DNA of 60,113 nt, filler included, from Dugesia japonica (Eukaryota), in the NCBI GenBank assembly GCA_001938525.1. It is 5 parts of 5 records of this genome, joined end to end, with 100 filler letters (N's around TTAATTAATTAA, not from the genome) between each part and the next. Parts side by side here need not be neighbours in the genome. Positions count along the whole stretch, not along the records: positions 47,676 to 60,113 come from MQRL01551160.1; 4 more parts are not named here. One strand, written 5' to 3'. Each line of letters starts with the position of its first letter. The first letter of the stretch is position 1. The translations under genes were made by a program, and so were the position numbers. Positions 48,045 through 60,113 of the stretch are shown piece after piece. The notes under the pieces are model-generated. The model was not told the DNA's origin. It searched no databases and was given only the letters and a program-made list of their open reading frames with translations.

Positions 48045-50373
48045 CAGTGGCTTTAAATTTATTTTAGCCTAACGCCTAATTTCTCNATATTTTCATCTAT
48101 AAATAAGTCTACCGCCCACCTAAACTTTACAAAACTAATTAAAATTCAAATACTACTTACTACCAATACAGAATGCTGTATGACTGATACAATATTGTTA
48201 GAAATTTTAGAGTCAATGATACCATAGCATTTGGATGCCAAAGACTTAATGTCTAGATTTAAGTTGATGAGATGCACTTTTAAATAAATTTTCTTAGCAA
48301 TATGCTGATTGTTTCTTTGAATGTTGAGGAGATTAGTTACTGCACAGAATCCACACTCGATGAGGTAATATTTAGGAAATGCCTATTGGAGCAATTTCAT
48401 TTTTTCCATAGGTTTGGATTGAGAGTTGATATTTCTTTGTCCTATAAAATTTTGGTATGTCTACCTTTGCTGTAAAAGTCATGTACAACCTCATTATTTT
48501 GCAATTTCAACAATGTTTCTTGAAACTCACTTCAACATCCAAAACAATTGCCTTAAATGAGCCAATCGTTTATACAAGTACTTGCAGCTCAATTAAATCG
48601 CAAAAGTGCGCTGACATGTCAGTTTTCAAGAATTTCAGATGCTTTCCAAATTTTTCAATGTTATTAGTATTGACTTCTTCACTCATTGAGACCAGTATTG
48701 AAAATTGAAAAACCTCTTGCACAAAAATATTTTTTCAGTATAATGCCAACCTCTGAAATAATGTGACACTCGTCTTCATGGAATCGATTAATATCACAAG
48801 CTACCCTTGAAGTTTCAAATTGATATCATTGAACTTTTGGAATATTACTGCGATGTATAACGGATCTTTCTTTGCAGCTTTTAATTCCTCACAAAGGTTG
48901 ATGTCACCATTTGATTCAAAGAATAGTAGGATAGTGTCAAATAATTCTGTAAATCTTGTCAATTAGTTGTCTTTTTACAACCAACGAAATACAGTATGAA
49001 GAAAAAGTCATTATGTTATTCATCTTTGTTTTTTAAGAATTGGCAAAAGAGATGATCATTCAGAGAATTACTATTGATCTTGTTTACAACATGAATAATA
49101 ATCTTTAATGAAGAGTGCAGATTCTTATCTAGTTGATTATCTGCAAAGCTTTGTCTGTCTACAACACAATGAATGATATATGCTAGGAGTTAAAGTTTTC
49201 AAATATGCTAAGAAGTTCTGATAGCAACAAACCACCGCAGGTGCACCATCAGTTTCACGGGCAACAATGCTGTTAAAAGGAACATGCTTTGTATCAAGAA
49301 AATTATTTGACATACACTATAATCAAAGTCTCATTACCAGGTAACATAGATTGATTGATTAGCAATGAAAATCTAGTGACTTGTAAAATTACAACCAATT
49401 GCTTTTCCACATCTACTGCCATTTTATCAATACGTCTTTAAACATGTGTCACTTAGTGGAAAAACTTTGAGCATCTTGGTTGAATCCTCGTGCATCACAG
49501 TTCTAAAGAATTCTCAAAGAGCTGATAATATGAGTGCTTCATTGATATAATGAGGTTAACACACTTTTATATGAGTTCAAAAACATGGTAAGATACAAGC
49601 AGTCCGTCTATTCCTCTGGCATTACTTTTTTGAAAAATTGTGGTAGTTGTTTTTCGTTCCTTGAATTGCTTATGCAGAATTTTAAAATAATACATTTGCT
49701 TATCATTTTTGTTTGAGTGGATAAAATTTAAATAGGCTTGATGACTTCATAATTAAGAGCTTTAACAAATTCATTTGAGAAATAGTCCAATGAAAACTGC
49801 CGGCAAAGGTTCTTCTTTGATGACATGTTCTTATTCAATCTTGAGGATAATCAATAGCAAATGAATCTATTTGTAAAGTATTTAAGTTATCAAGTAAGCA
49901 CTATTCTTACACGCAGTGTACTGTTGATATACTATTACTGAAAGAAGCAAAAGAAAAACTGTGCAAGTATTTATCTAGGATTTGCACTACCTATACATTG
50001 TAAAATGGGTACTTGAATGACTACTCTAGAACGCTGCACTGTACGTTTTCTTATATTGTCGTGAGTATGTGTTACCTGCATTATTAGTAATAGACATTTT
50101 ACAAGTGCTTGTGCATATGCTATTTACAGTTGGATACATATACTAGGACAACGCAGCTAAGTTGATTGGTAGTTGGATTTGGTGAATGGTGCTTTGTTTA
50201 TGTTAGTGAGTGTTTGTATGCAAGTACATATGCTAGTTACAAGTTAAAGCCGGGTATAGGCTGCAAATAAATTGTCTAAAGGCTAATGCCCACATAAACA
50301 GAGCGCCCACACATTGCCCACTTTCATTTTAGTGTCCATTAGTGGGTGATATTGCCCAGGTTTAAGGTCCATG
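48045..50373 (-). mobile_element. Buster/Charlie-type hAT (SCAND3/ZBED8-like transposase), full length, decayed
   Basis: Perfect 8-bp TSD ATATAAAT. Transposase from ATG 49826 (MSSKKNLCRQFSLDYF), with TDGAPAV, IHCVV.R, HTVFRWL and YLIECGFCAV. Confidence 0.88.
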
Positions 50374-51364
50374 ATATAAATCTCTAATTCTAGCTGTTCA
50401 AATTAGATGATTTCATAATGCAAAAATGTTGTAATATCATTCAAAGAATTGCAATTGATTTAGAAATTATTATAAAAATTACAAATTAATATTCCGGAAA
50501 ATAAATGTGTTACTAATATATAACAATAACAAAGCATTCTCGAAACCATTCTATGGCAATCTAAAATTTATTAAAATATCATATTGGATTTTAAATATTT
50601 TTAAATTTATATTCAATTGACTAATTTAGTACAAAATATTAACGTAATTTTATAATTTACAGTTTTTATTCTTTGCTTTGCGATCCTCCTACAACAGGAA
50701 GTAATTTTTTAAAAAGCTAAAAACAATAGTTAATTTATTCATCAAATATGAAAACTTGCGTGACTAGGAAAATGTTTAAAGAAAAAACAATGTTATTTAG
50801 GTTTATAATAACAGAACTAATGTCGGAGAATTAGAATCAGTGAAACGAACTACTTTCAACACAGCAGTTTATTGGTAAAACTTTATTTAAAACTTTATTA
50901 ATTAATTTTATCTCTTACTATGAATGGTAATTTATTAGATATGCTTATTAATTAATAATTTATAAATGATTTGAATATTTCGGTTGATAATTTTGAATCC
51001 TAACCAATAAAATAAGTAGTTAGAACTTGATGACCAATTTATACTTATACAATGATTAGAAATTAAAATTGTAAACTTGGAGAAATAGTAGCCTTGGAGA
51101 AAATTTTGATTAAAATACAATCACCAGAAACGTTAATTTAACAAATATATTATAAAGATTGATTATCAAAATTGAAGAAGTGGTAGAAATTTTTTAATAG
51201 TTACGGTTAAGCAAGTTTATTCTGAGACACCCGTTGCGACAGAATTCTTTTAATTTTCTTTAAATTTTCAATCTGAATATGAGAATAACTAGAGTAAATG
51301 TCTTACAAACTACTCTGGTATGAATTGTTATGGTTGGTTTTCATATTTGTATATATATTTTATT

Positions 51365-51885
51365 ATTTTTACAGATTATTCTATTTTAATGTAAAATATA
51401 AAAGAGCAAATAAAAAAACAAAACTAATTAAAATATAAAATTTACTAAATTGAGATTTAAAAATGAATGAAAAATAAATGAAAAATATAATTAAATCGTG
51501 CCACTGTAAAAATCAAATATTTATATATATATATATATATATTACATTTGCAATTATTGCGAGAATAATTGCTGAACGTAACCGTTGATCGTTTTTTTAG
51601 AATTCATTTAAATTAAAAAAGTCAATTCATGACGAAGACAAAGTCGAAATATCGAATCAATCTAATAAAACCAAAAAAATATTTTGATCGAGGCTTTTAT
51701 TTCAAATGAATTTATATATATTTATATATATATTTGATTTTTATAGTGACACGATTTAATTATATTTTTCATTTATTTTTCATTCATTTTTAAATCTCAA
51801 TTTAGTAAATTTTTTATTTTAATTAGTTTTGTTTTTGTATTTGCTATTTTATATTTTGCATTAAAATAGAATAATCTGTAAAAAT
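51365..51885. repeat. Long inverted repeat (~165-bp arms) with a ~165-bp insert in a central (TA)n
   Basis: ATTTTTACAGATTATTCTATTTTAATG...ATCAAATAT(TA)n mirrors (TA)nATATTTGAT...ATAGAATAATCTGTAAAAAT. Confidence 0.85.
51625..51657 (+). ncRNA. Minimal type I hammerhead-like motif
   Basis: ATTC-ATGACGA-A-GAC-aaa-GTC-GAAA-T-ATC-GAAT. Stems I and II pair; the core CUGANGA has one substitution (C to A). Confidence 0.55.
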
Positions 51886-52339
51886 CGTAAAATGAAAATA
51901 ATAAAAATTATTTATAAATTTTAATGCCGATAATTGCAAGTGAATGCAATGAAAAGAAATTATATTTTTAGGAGAGATAGTTTAATATTTTTTTTAAAAC
52001 TAAAGAAAATCATATAAAAAGAACAAAAACCTTATTTCAGAGAATCAACACCAAAAACTAATCAAAAAAATATAAATTTCTTATGCTAAAATTAATATGA
52101 ACAAAAAAATGAAATATCATTTTAAAAAATAAAATAGTTTAATGGAAGCAGCAATTTTTCGATATTCTGAATTTAAAATACTCATATTGTGAATCTAGTA
52201 GAACTACACTATTAATCAAATACTAAAAGGAAATATTAAAAATGACAAAATAATTTTTTGAAGATGGATTTAATAGCAAAAAACTAACCAATAAATGTTT
52301 TTTTAAATAATTTTTTTGTTATTTAATAAAGTGAACTTT

Positions 52340-52570
52340 GAATTTTGTCATTAAATTTATGTCTGAAATTTGTAATTTTCTTATTGAAAATAAATGTAAT
52401 TTATTAGTTTATAAAAATCATTTTATTTTATGTAGAGATGTAAAAGTATTTTATACAATTAACAAAAATCAAAATCATTTATGTATTAGATGTATGAATT
52501 GTTATTCTAGTAAAGATTTATTAATTAATCACCAAAAAGAATGTATAAATCATGAATCTAGTAGAACTTC
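52340..52570 (+). mobile_element. Second Polinton remnant (pPolB N-terminal region), inside a tandem duplication
   Basis: NLLVYKNHFILCRD...HLCIRCMNCYSSKDLLINHQKECINH resembles the Zn-binding segment upstream of the exonuclease in Polinton pPolB; ~52191-52390 is repeated at ~52554-52773. Confidence 0.55.
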
Positions 52571-53978
52571 ACTATTAATCACATACTAAAAGGAAATATT
52601 AAAATAGACAAAATAATTTTTTGAAGATGGATTTAATAGCAAAAAACTAACCAATAAATGTTTTTTTTAAATAATTTTTAATAGAAGAATAATTTTGTTG
52701 TTATTTAATAAAGTGAACTTTGAATTTTGTCATTAAATTTATGTCTGAAATTAGTAGTTTTCTTATTGAAAATTGTGAGATTTGAATATTTCGAATGTTT
52801 TAAGTATTTTGTAAATTCGTAAATTATTTATTATTTTAATTTATTAATTTAAATATTGTTATTTTAAAAAAAATTAACAGTTGTTTAACCCTATCAATAC
52901 GATTTTTTTAATTTTTATAATACAGTTGATTTTATTCTATCTTCATTTGTCAAGATTAGTAATTTTTTGTAATAGTTGTAATTTAATTTTCAGCGATTGT
53001 AATTGGTATTCTTCTTGTTATATTAATTCTCAATAAATGTTATCAGCAAATGAGATGCTTCTAAATGACGGTTAATAACGCTTAATAAAAATAATTTAGT
53101 CTTCGGAGGATTTCCCTAACAAAGAATGTAGTCTAGAACTCATGAATCAGCGTGAAATTGAATATTATTTCACAAGGACAGAATGGTTATTAATTGATTT
53201 GAAATAATTAAGTGATCGACTTTAATAAAAAACAATTTGTTTAAGTAATTATTAACAAAAAGAAAAATGTAAAAGGTTCATTTTAAAGTTAAAAAGTTCA
53301 TAAAAATCTTGATGATATTGAAAGAATCGAATTGTTTTAACTGAATAAAGTTTTAATTGGAAGTTCAATTAATAACTTTGCTTGAACTAATATTAATAAT
53401 AATTAATAATCAAACCAAATTCTCTTTCGTATAATATAAGTTGCAACTATGACAACTGAACGAATGTTATAGCAACTTAATCAAAATGTAACTTCTCTGA
53501 GTAGTTGTTAATATCATTAAATGGTTTTATGTTAAAAACAAAGTTAAAGATTATGATTACACATTAATTTAAATGTCTTGATTGCATTTTGTTATTTTTA
53601 AAAACCGACAGTTTCATCTGAAACTTTTTCATTATCTAATTTATTCAAATTTTCCATCATATAAAAACTTCTATAATAACCAACTAAATGAACAACATAG
53701 ATAAAAATTAATAAAAACATTATATTTACAAAGATTTACAAATATTTAATGGCAAAGTTATTAAAACGATTGTCAATGATATCTAAAGACTTTACAAAAC
53801 AATTACGACAAATTATATTATAATAACAATTAATAATTTAAATGTAAAATCAGTTGACAACAGTTTCTCTTTGAAGCAAACTTTTTTTTTATTAAGTACT
53901 TTTGAAACCTAAATACAGTAAACAATAATATTAAAACAAAAACAACATTCAAAAATAAAGTATAGATAATCATTATAA

Positions 53979-54018
53979 CAAGCAGCGCTAGGGCTGGTTA
54001 GTACTTCTAACGTGAGCA
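53979..54018 (+). other. Short 5S rRNA-like internal control region fragment
   Basis: AAGCAGCGCTAGGGCTGGTTAGTACTT resembles the 5S segment AAGCAGGGTCGGGCCTGGTTAGTACTT; the rest of 5S is absent. Confidence 0.3.
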
Positions 54019-55165
54019 GTGTGAATTGATTGACTTCTCACGCCCCACTTCCATCATGATTTTCAAAAATTCACACACACAAGCAGCAGATAGACAATGG
54101 CGGATTGGTACAGCACACATGCATGCCCCAAGGATTTGTGAAGTAATGAAATTAAATCCTAGTGTATTAAGTTGGGAATTTAAAAATTACATCATATTAA
54201 GTAATATTACACGAATGTGCTAGACTTTCCCTGTGTATTTAGCTGGGAAAATATTTTGCACACAAATTATGTCATTAGATTTATTTCATCGTCAAAATTT
54301 TACATAATTGAATTAAGTGATCCCGAGATTTTTAGGGTTTTTAAGCAGTATAACTTTCTACACTTTTTGGTTGGGAATTTGTTTGATGAGGTTGAATGAG
54401 GTCGATTTTTGGTTTGTTTAGGTGAATTTGGTGAGATCGATTCTGGAAACCTTGAATTGATATCCTTGAAGGATTCGGTTAACCTTTACCTCGGGAATAG
54501 AAAATTCGGGTAATTGTTGTGATTCAGTAAGTTATTTCTTCGGGTTTGGTCAGTTTGGTTAATTTCTAGTTGAATTTGGTCAAATGTTTTCCTTAGTGAG
54601 GTCGAATCAAGTCTATTATGGGCAGTTTGAGTTCATTTTGAAAGATTTGGTCAAATATGTTTTCGGACTAGTCAGTTTTGGGTTGAATATTTACGGACAT
54701 TCTTGATAAAAGTCATATCTGTTTAAATTTTCAGATTTTGAAAATTTGAGATCAATTTTTTATGGAATTCAGATGAACCTCCCAAATTTCAAAACTTTTG
54801 GAAATCATTTTTGTGGAGATCTCTACATCAAGCGATGCAAAATTTGATGGAGATTATTTTTCATAAATAAAATTTTCGTAAAATTTCTTTCTCATCTTTT
54901 CATGAAATAACCTTGTCTATTAGATATAGAATTTTTCGCTATTTCAGATATATAAACCTAAAATTGCCAAAGTTTATTAGATAGGAAATGAATGCGGTTT
55001 TGTCACGAAAAATAGCAAATTTTGAATTTTAATGCTTCATTTTTTCTACTTACTTTGTACGATATACAGACTTCCCACCATCTAAGTAAACAATGAATGC
55101 AAAAATAAGTAAAGATGAAATTCACTCTGAGAGATTTTTGTTGAAAACTCCGAGAATAATGATAT

Positions 55166-56166
55166 TTAAAATAAATTACATTTCATGAATGCAATATTGG
55201 CCATTTTGTTGGATGACCTTTCTCTGTCCTCTGGTAGATACATAATATACTGACGAATATGGTCAAAGTACTGATTCAAGTGACTTTTCAACTCTTCCAA
55301 GTAATAAAAGCTTTTATCACGTAAACTGCTGTAAGGCGATCTAAATAAATGATACTCGGATGGCAATTAGTTTGATGAGTACGGTAAATAAACTAAAACC
55401 TTCTAGTTTAGTTGTAGAAGATTCTGTCGAGTGGTCAAAGACACGTGGGGTCTAGCATTATCTTAATAAACCACAATATCATTTTTGTTTATTAGTTCAC
55501 TACGCTTTTTGTTGATTGCATTTAAATGTCTTTCTCCAAATTAATAGTTCAATTTTGATGCAAAAGCTCAAAGTATATTGCCTTAAAATCTTACTAAATT
55601 AATAGCATTGCCATCCTTGAATGTAGCTTTAGATATAGTTAATATTAAATTTCCTGGCTTACACCATGATCTCTCAATTTTAACATTATTATTTGCTATC
55701 CATTTTTTATTGCGGTTACCATTTGCTTTATAAATGGATTGATTCTGTTATGTTTTGATAGAAAATTCCAAAAAAATATTCTGTTTTGTAAATTTTTCTC
55801 CGTTTATTAATGCGGCACAAATGCATCGACTTTTTTAGTCATTTCGAGTTGATTTATTTGTTTGGATACTTTTAAATTTATTTCTACAATTATTTTTTCA
55901 ATCTCTTCAGTAGTTCAATGGTGATCATCTTCAATAAACGCCAATATTCCGTAGTTATCGGTCTTAATAAGTTGTCCGAAACGTGATGCGTGAGTAGGAT
56001 TAAACTCTTTCTAGCGAAAATTTCGGAACCACTTACAACACGTGGAATCATTAACAACACTTTAACCGTACACAGAGCATATCTTTTTCTGAATCTGAGA
56101 GCCAATTTTGTCCTTCTGGAAATAATAAAGCATGGTGTGATTTAAATTTTCTTTTCTATCTTACAT
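55166..56166 (-). mobile_element. Mariner transposase, decayed
   Basis: N-terminal HTH (KICSVYG..STCCKWFRNFR), DNARPH, PYSSN.LPSEYHLFRS; TIRs not resolved. Confidence 0.85.
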
Positions 56167-57369
56167 TTTAAATGTTACGTAATTTGAAAAATGTATTTCT
56201 TTTAAAATATTTCTGTTAAAATTTATTCATTTAAACAACATTTAAACTTTGAATGTCCTAACGTTTAATATTCTGATAAATATTTTAATAATTTCAATTA
56301 AATAAAATAATTATTGGGTACTCGATGAACAAGCGTATTTCTTTTTGAAAACGTAGCTAATAAAATCGGAAATTGAATAAAAGTTAAATTGAAATTTGTT
56401 ATTTTTAAACCGATGATTAATAATAATAATAATTTTAAAAATAAATAAACTTTGTTTATAGTATATAATAAATAGTAAATTAGAAATAAAGAAAAAATAA
56501 TGCATTATAAAAGTACAAATTCATAAAAAATAAATAAACGAAAAAATAAGAAAAACAAATTTAAATCAGCATGAAAAATTAATTTATTATAGCTAGTGGA
56601 TACGAAATTGAAAAAAAACGGATAAACAACGTATTGAGAATTAATGTAAATATTGTAAATTACATAAATCAAGAATAATATTTCAACTACAAATAAACAA
56701 CTGAAGTATTGAGATTCCTAATTATTTTTTGCATTGACAGAAAATATAAATTATAAATAATTAAAGGTTAAGTAAACATAAAAAATATTTGTAGCAAAAA
56801 TTATATTTTCTTTTAAAAAATAAAGGAAAAGAAAACAGATAGAAATATCTCTTACTTTTCAATCTTAATTTTATTAATTTTATTTGTGAATTATTATTCG
56901 AAAATTAATTAAAATTAAAAAAATATTAAAATTACAATTTTTTATTAAAACACAAAAAATTTATACAAAGATTTATTTAAATCAAGGACAAATATATGTA
57001 TTACTACTCATATTCTGTCTTCGTTTATCGCATTTCAGATTCTACAGTGTTGTCTATTGTTCGTCTTAAGTAGGTAGATAGGAGCGCACTGCCTCAATAA
57101 CCCCCTGTGCGCGGATTATATGTGTGCATGTGATTATGTAATAGTTTTGTATAGATTTTACGTGTATTTAGCGGTACGATTAAAATAGATAAGATGTGTG
57201 CACGTGATTACGCAATTGCGGTTTAAGATTTTTACATGGTTTTAGCGGGAAAGATTTGATTACGTAACTTTTGCTCGTATTTTTAGTGTGAACCTAGTTC
57301 AATCTTTTTTAAATGATTTTATTTTATTTATTTGCATTTAATTTTTGCAGGGAATAATAATAATAATAA

Positions 57370-58475
57370 TTGTGGAATTGATGATGGAAAGGTAAAGCAC
57401 TTGCTCAATAAAGCAAATAATGACGGACAGGCATCATATTGATGTGTCAAAGAGTGACATTGAAAAAAGTTTCTATAAATATAATACCAAAGTAATGTAT
57501 GTGGATCGGAAACGCAGTGGAAGACCACCGAATTTATCAATACGGTCACATAGATTTATTTGACGTGAATGCCTGAAAAATAGAAGCATGTCGTTAACGG
57601 AAATAGCACTTACTTCTGACATGGGTAGCATTTAACATGTGTCTAGATGCACAGTTTACNGTATTCTTAATAAGTACGTATTAAGAAGTTATCCGGCTGT
57701 TAGCAAGCCGTTAGTCAATGATAACCAAAGGAAAAGAAGATTGCAATGAGTGATATCTAAACAGCAATTTGATGTTGATAAATGGGCACTTGTTGTCTTC
57801 AGAGATGAATCAATGTTTCGCACATATAATCATGGTCGCTCCCAAAGAATTAGACGATTTAAATATGAAAGATTAAGTCCTATTTGTACTAAGAAGGTTA
57901 TTCAATATGGTGCGCACATCCATGTTTTGGGATGTTTTTCACGATTTGGTGTAGGAATTTTGAAACGAATACAGGGTACGTTGAATTTTGCAAGCTGTCA
58001 AAACAAGATTGTCAATGACATTTACCTAGTTGGCAAGTGCTTGGTCTTCCCTCTGCGTAGGTTCATATTGCAGCATTACAATGCTCCTTGCATCAACATT
58101 ATCTTTTCTCAGTGAACGTCAAATCGATATATTAAATTGGCTGGCAAATTCTTCTGATGCGAATCTAATCGAACATTTGTGGCTTTTCATAAAGATCAAA
58201 ATAAATGCTTTTGGAACTCTGAATGCTGATGAAATGTGGGCGGAGTTACAAAAGATATGGTATAATATACCCACTTCCTTATGTCGCCAACTCGTTGATT
58301 CCATGCCACGAAGAGTGTCCACTATTATCCAGTCGAAAAGATACCCAACAAAATAAATATAAACTTATTATCGTTTGTAAATATAATGTTTCTTTCTTTT
58401 CCATTGGCTTTTCAAACGAATTTTCTGTAATTTTTGTGATTTACATGAGTGCAAACAGACTTTTGAAATTGACTG
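57370..58475 (+). mobile_element. Tc1 (DD34E) transposon, decayed
   Basis: RKRSGRP, AVSKPLV, VVFRDES, ILQHYNAPC, WLANSSDANLIEHLW, LVDSMPRRV..YPTK; right end ...TTTTGAAATTGACTG + TA. Confidence 0.88.
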
Positions 58476-58876
58476 TATANNNNNNNNNNNNNNNNNNNNN
58501 NNNNNNNNNNNNNNNNNNNNNNNNNNNNNATCCAGTCGAAAAGATACCCAACAAAATAAATATAAACTTATTATCGTTTGTAAATATAATGTTTCTTTCT
58601 TTTTCATTGGCTTTTCAAACGAATTTTCTGTAATTTTTGTGATTTACATGAGTGCCAACAAACTTTTGAAATTGACTGTATATATGATTGTAGTTGATTG
58701 AAACATGAATATTAGTCATAAAGACATTCAAAAAATTCAACTAGCAACTAATTGTTTCTTCCATTTTGCTTATCAGCTGTGCGATATATATGGCGATGTT
58801 AACATCAATCTAACATTTCATTTAAAATATGACTATGAATTNNNNNNNNNNNNNNNNNNNAAAGCTATTCGATTGA

Positions 58877-60113
58877 ATGAGAAACAATGAAATAAATTCA
58901 AATACCAAGAAATGTGGACCCCAATCTATCTTGGTTACGATATATAGCTCTGAAAGTTATCCGAGAACTATAGAAGCCAATAATAGTGTGAACGATAGCG
59001 CGGAGTTTATTTATGCAACACCAGTCGGTCCTGACAAGAAATGGTACCGAAATTTCAGGATATATTATTATGAAAATTTTTATTATTATTATTTATCAAT
59101 TTCAGATTTAGTGTGCCTAGCGCTCAATGGTCTCAGAAACGTAAATTATTGATGGAATATCTTGGTCACAAAGGAAAATTTGCAATAGGTCAGAAAGAGG
59201 AATCATTTGAAGGATTTCGACATGTTCAATGCTTCATCACATTGAACAATTCGACTACCTGAATGGCAGTGTAAAGCAAATTACAGCTAAACTGTGTCAA
59301 AGGCACAGAAAATGATTCAATTCAAAGTGATTATTGCACGAAAATCAACACTCGTATTGAAAATGGTATTCCATTAAAATGGGGTAGTAGACGCGAAGTC
59401 GAAACCATGTCTTTATTGACAATAGTTTTGAATTTCAAAAACATTGAGCAAGGCAAGAAGCTTATTGAAGAAGAGAAACCATTTGAGGTTATTAAACTTC
59501 ATGAAAAATTACAAAATACGTTAGTACAGAAACTTCGAAAGTATAATAAAAATTGGGTAGATGAATTTTTCAATTTTGACGATAGGCGAACTAAAGTATT
59601 TAGTGGACCTACAGGTAAATAATATTTTTCTTTTTTATACAAATAATAATAATGTTTTAGGAATTGGAAAAACAAATTTTGCTCTGTCTCACTTCCAGTT
59701 TCGTTTGCATGTCACAATTCGAAAAGATTTTATCAAGTTAGGATCTAATAAATTCAAATGTGATGGAGTGATCGTAGTTGATGTAAATCTATCCAAATGG
59801 GATCCAAAAGAGGTTATAAACTTATATGAAACAGCGTATGATACCTCTATCAACGTAAAGTATAGCACAGGAATAATNNNNNNNNNNNNNNNNNNNNNNN
59901 NNNNNNNNNNNNNNNNNNNNNNNNNNNNNNNNNNNNNNNNNNNNNNNNNNNNNNNNNNNNNNNTTGAAAGAAGATGTCACTTCATCTTATTTGATGGCAA
60001 CCTTCTTTATAGACCAGAAATCGTTGATACAGAGAACCGGCTACCGAAAGTTAGTTACGTACAAAATCATTCAACAATAACAACAAATGAATTCAAGGTT
60101 AATGAATTTAATT
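58877..60113 (+). mobile_element. Endogenous CRESS-DNA-virus-like Rep (HUH endonuclease + SF3 helicase), spliced, with 2 stops; runs off the window end
   Basis: Splicing 59059-59105 and 59615-59660 gives RNFR/FSV (motif I-like), GQKEESFEGFRHVQCFI (motif II), DYCTK (motif III), GPTG/IGKT (Walker A), DGVIVVDV (Walker B), INVKYSTG (motif B') and, after the gap, ERRCHFI (Arg finger). Confidence 0.85.

Noticed and set aside
58328-58680. Duplicated Tc1 right end
   Set aside because: Near-identical copies flank an N gap, so probably an unmerged contig overlap or allele; the same pattern occurs at 437-558.

Overview
Very AT-rich eukaryotic (animal) DNA. The ~40-60 bp introns and the mix of hAT, mariner, Chapaev3, Penelope and Polinton elements fit a free-living flatworm such as a planarian, but the species is an inference. 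The window is not contiguous: four artificial ~100-bp spacers (N44-TTAATTAATTAA-N44) join five separate scaffolds of about 10-13 kb, so adjacency across them is meaningless. Host genes: (1) an apparently single-exon, ~2,080-aa ABCA transporter at 25036-31318; (2) seven small minus-strand exons of an interrupted Gly-X-Y collagen at 37369-47278; (3) a HUWE1/Tom1-like pseudo-exon and a few orphan exons. Most of the rest is decayed mobile DNA: two mariners, Tc1, Chapaev3, MULE, several hATs, two Gypsy fragments and Penelope-like elements with hammerhead-like motifs. Two features stand out. The first is a 7.5-kb Polinton/Maverick (38235-45779, 6-bp TSD) with pPolB, a packaging ATPase and an in-frame PLA2-integrase fusion but no recognisable capsid or protease. 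Each of its 185-bp TIRs is itself a closed mini-element with AGTAGT termini at both ends, and it sits inside an inverted Penelope inside a collagen intron. The second is an endogenous CRESS-DNA-virus-like Rep (HUH endonuclease + SF3 helicase, 58877-60113) that the ORF track misses. It is split by two host-sized 46-47 bp introns, one of them through the Walker A motif.
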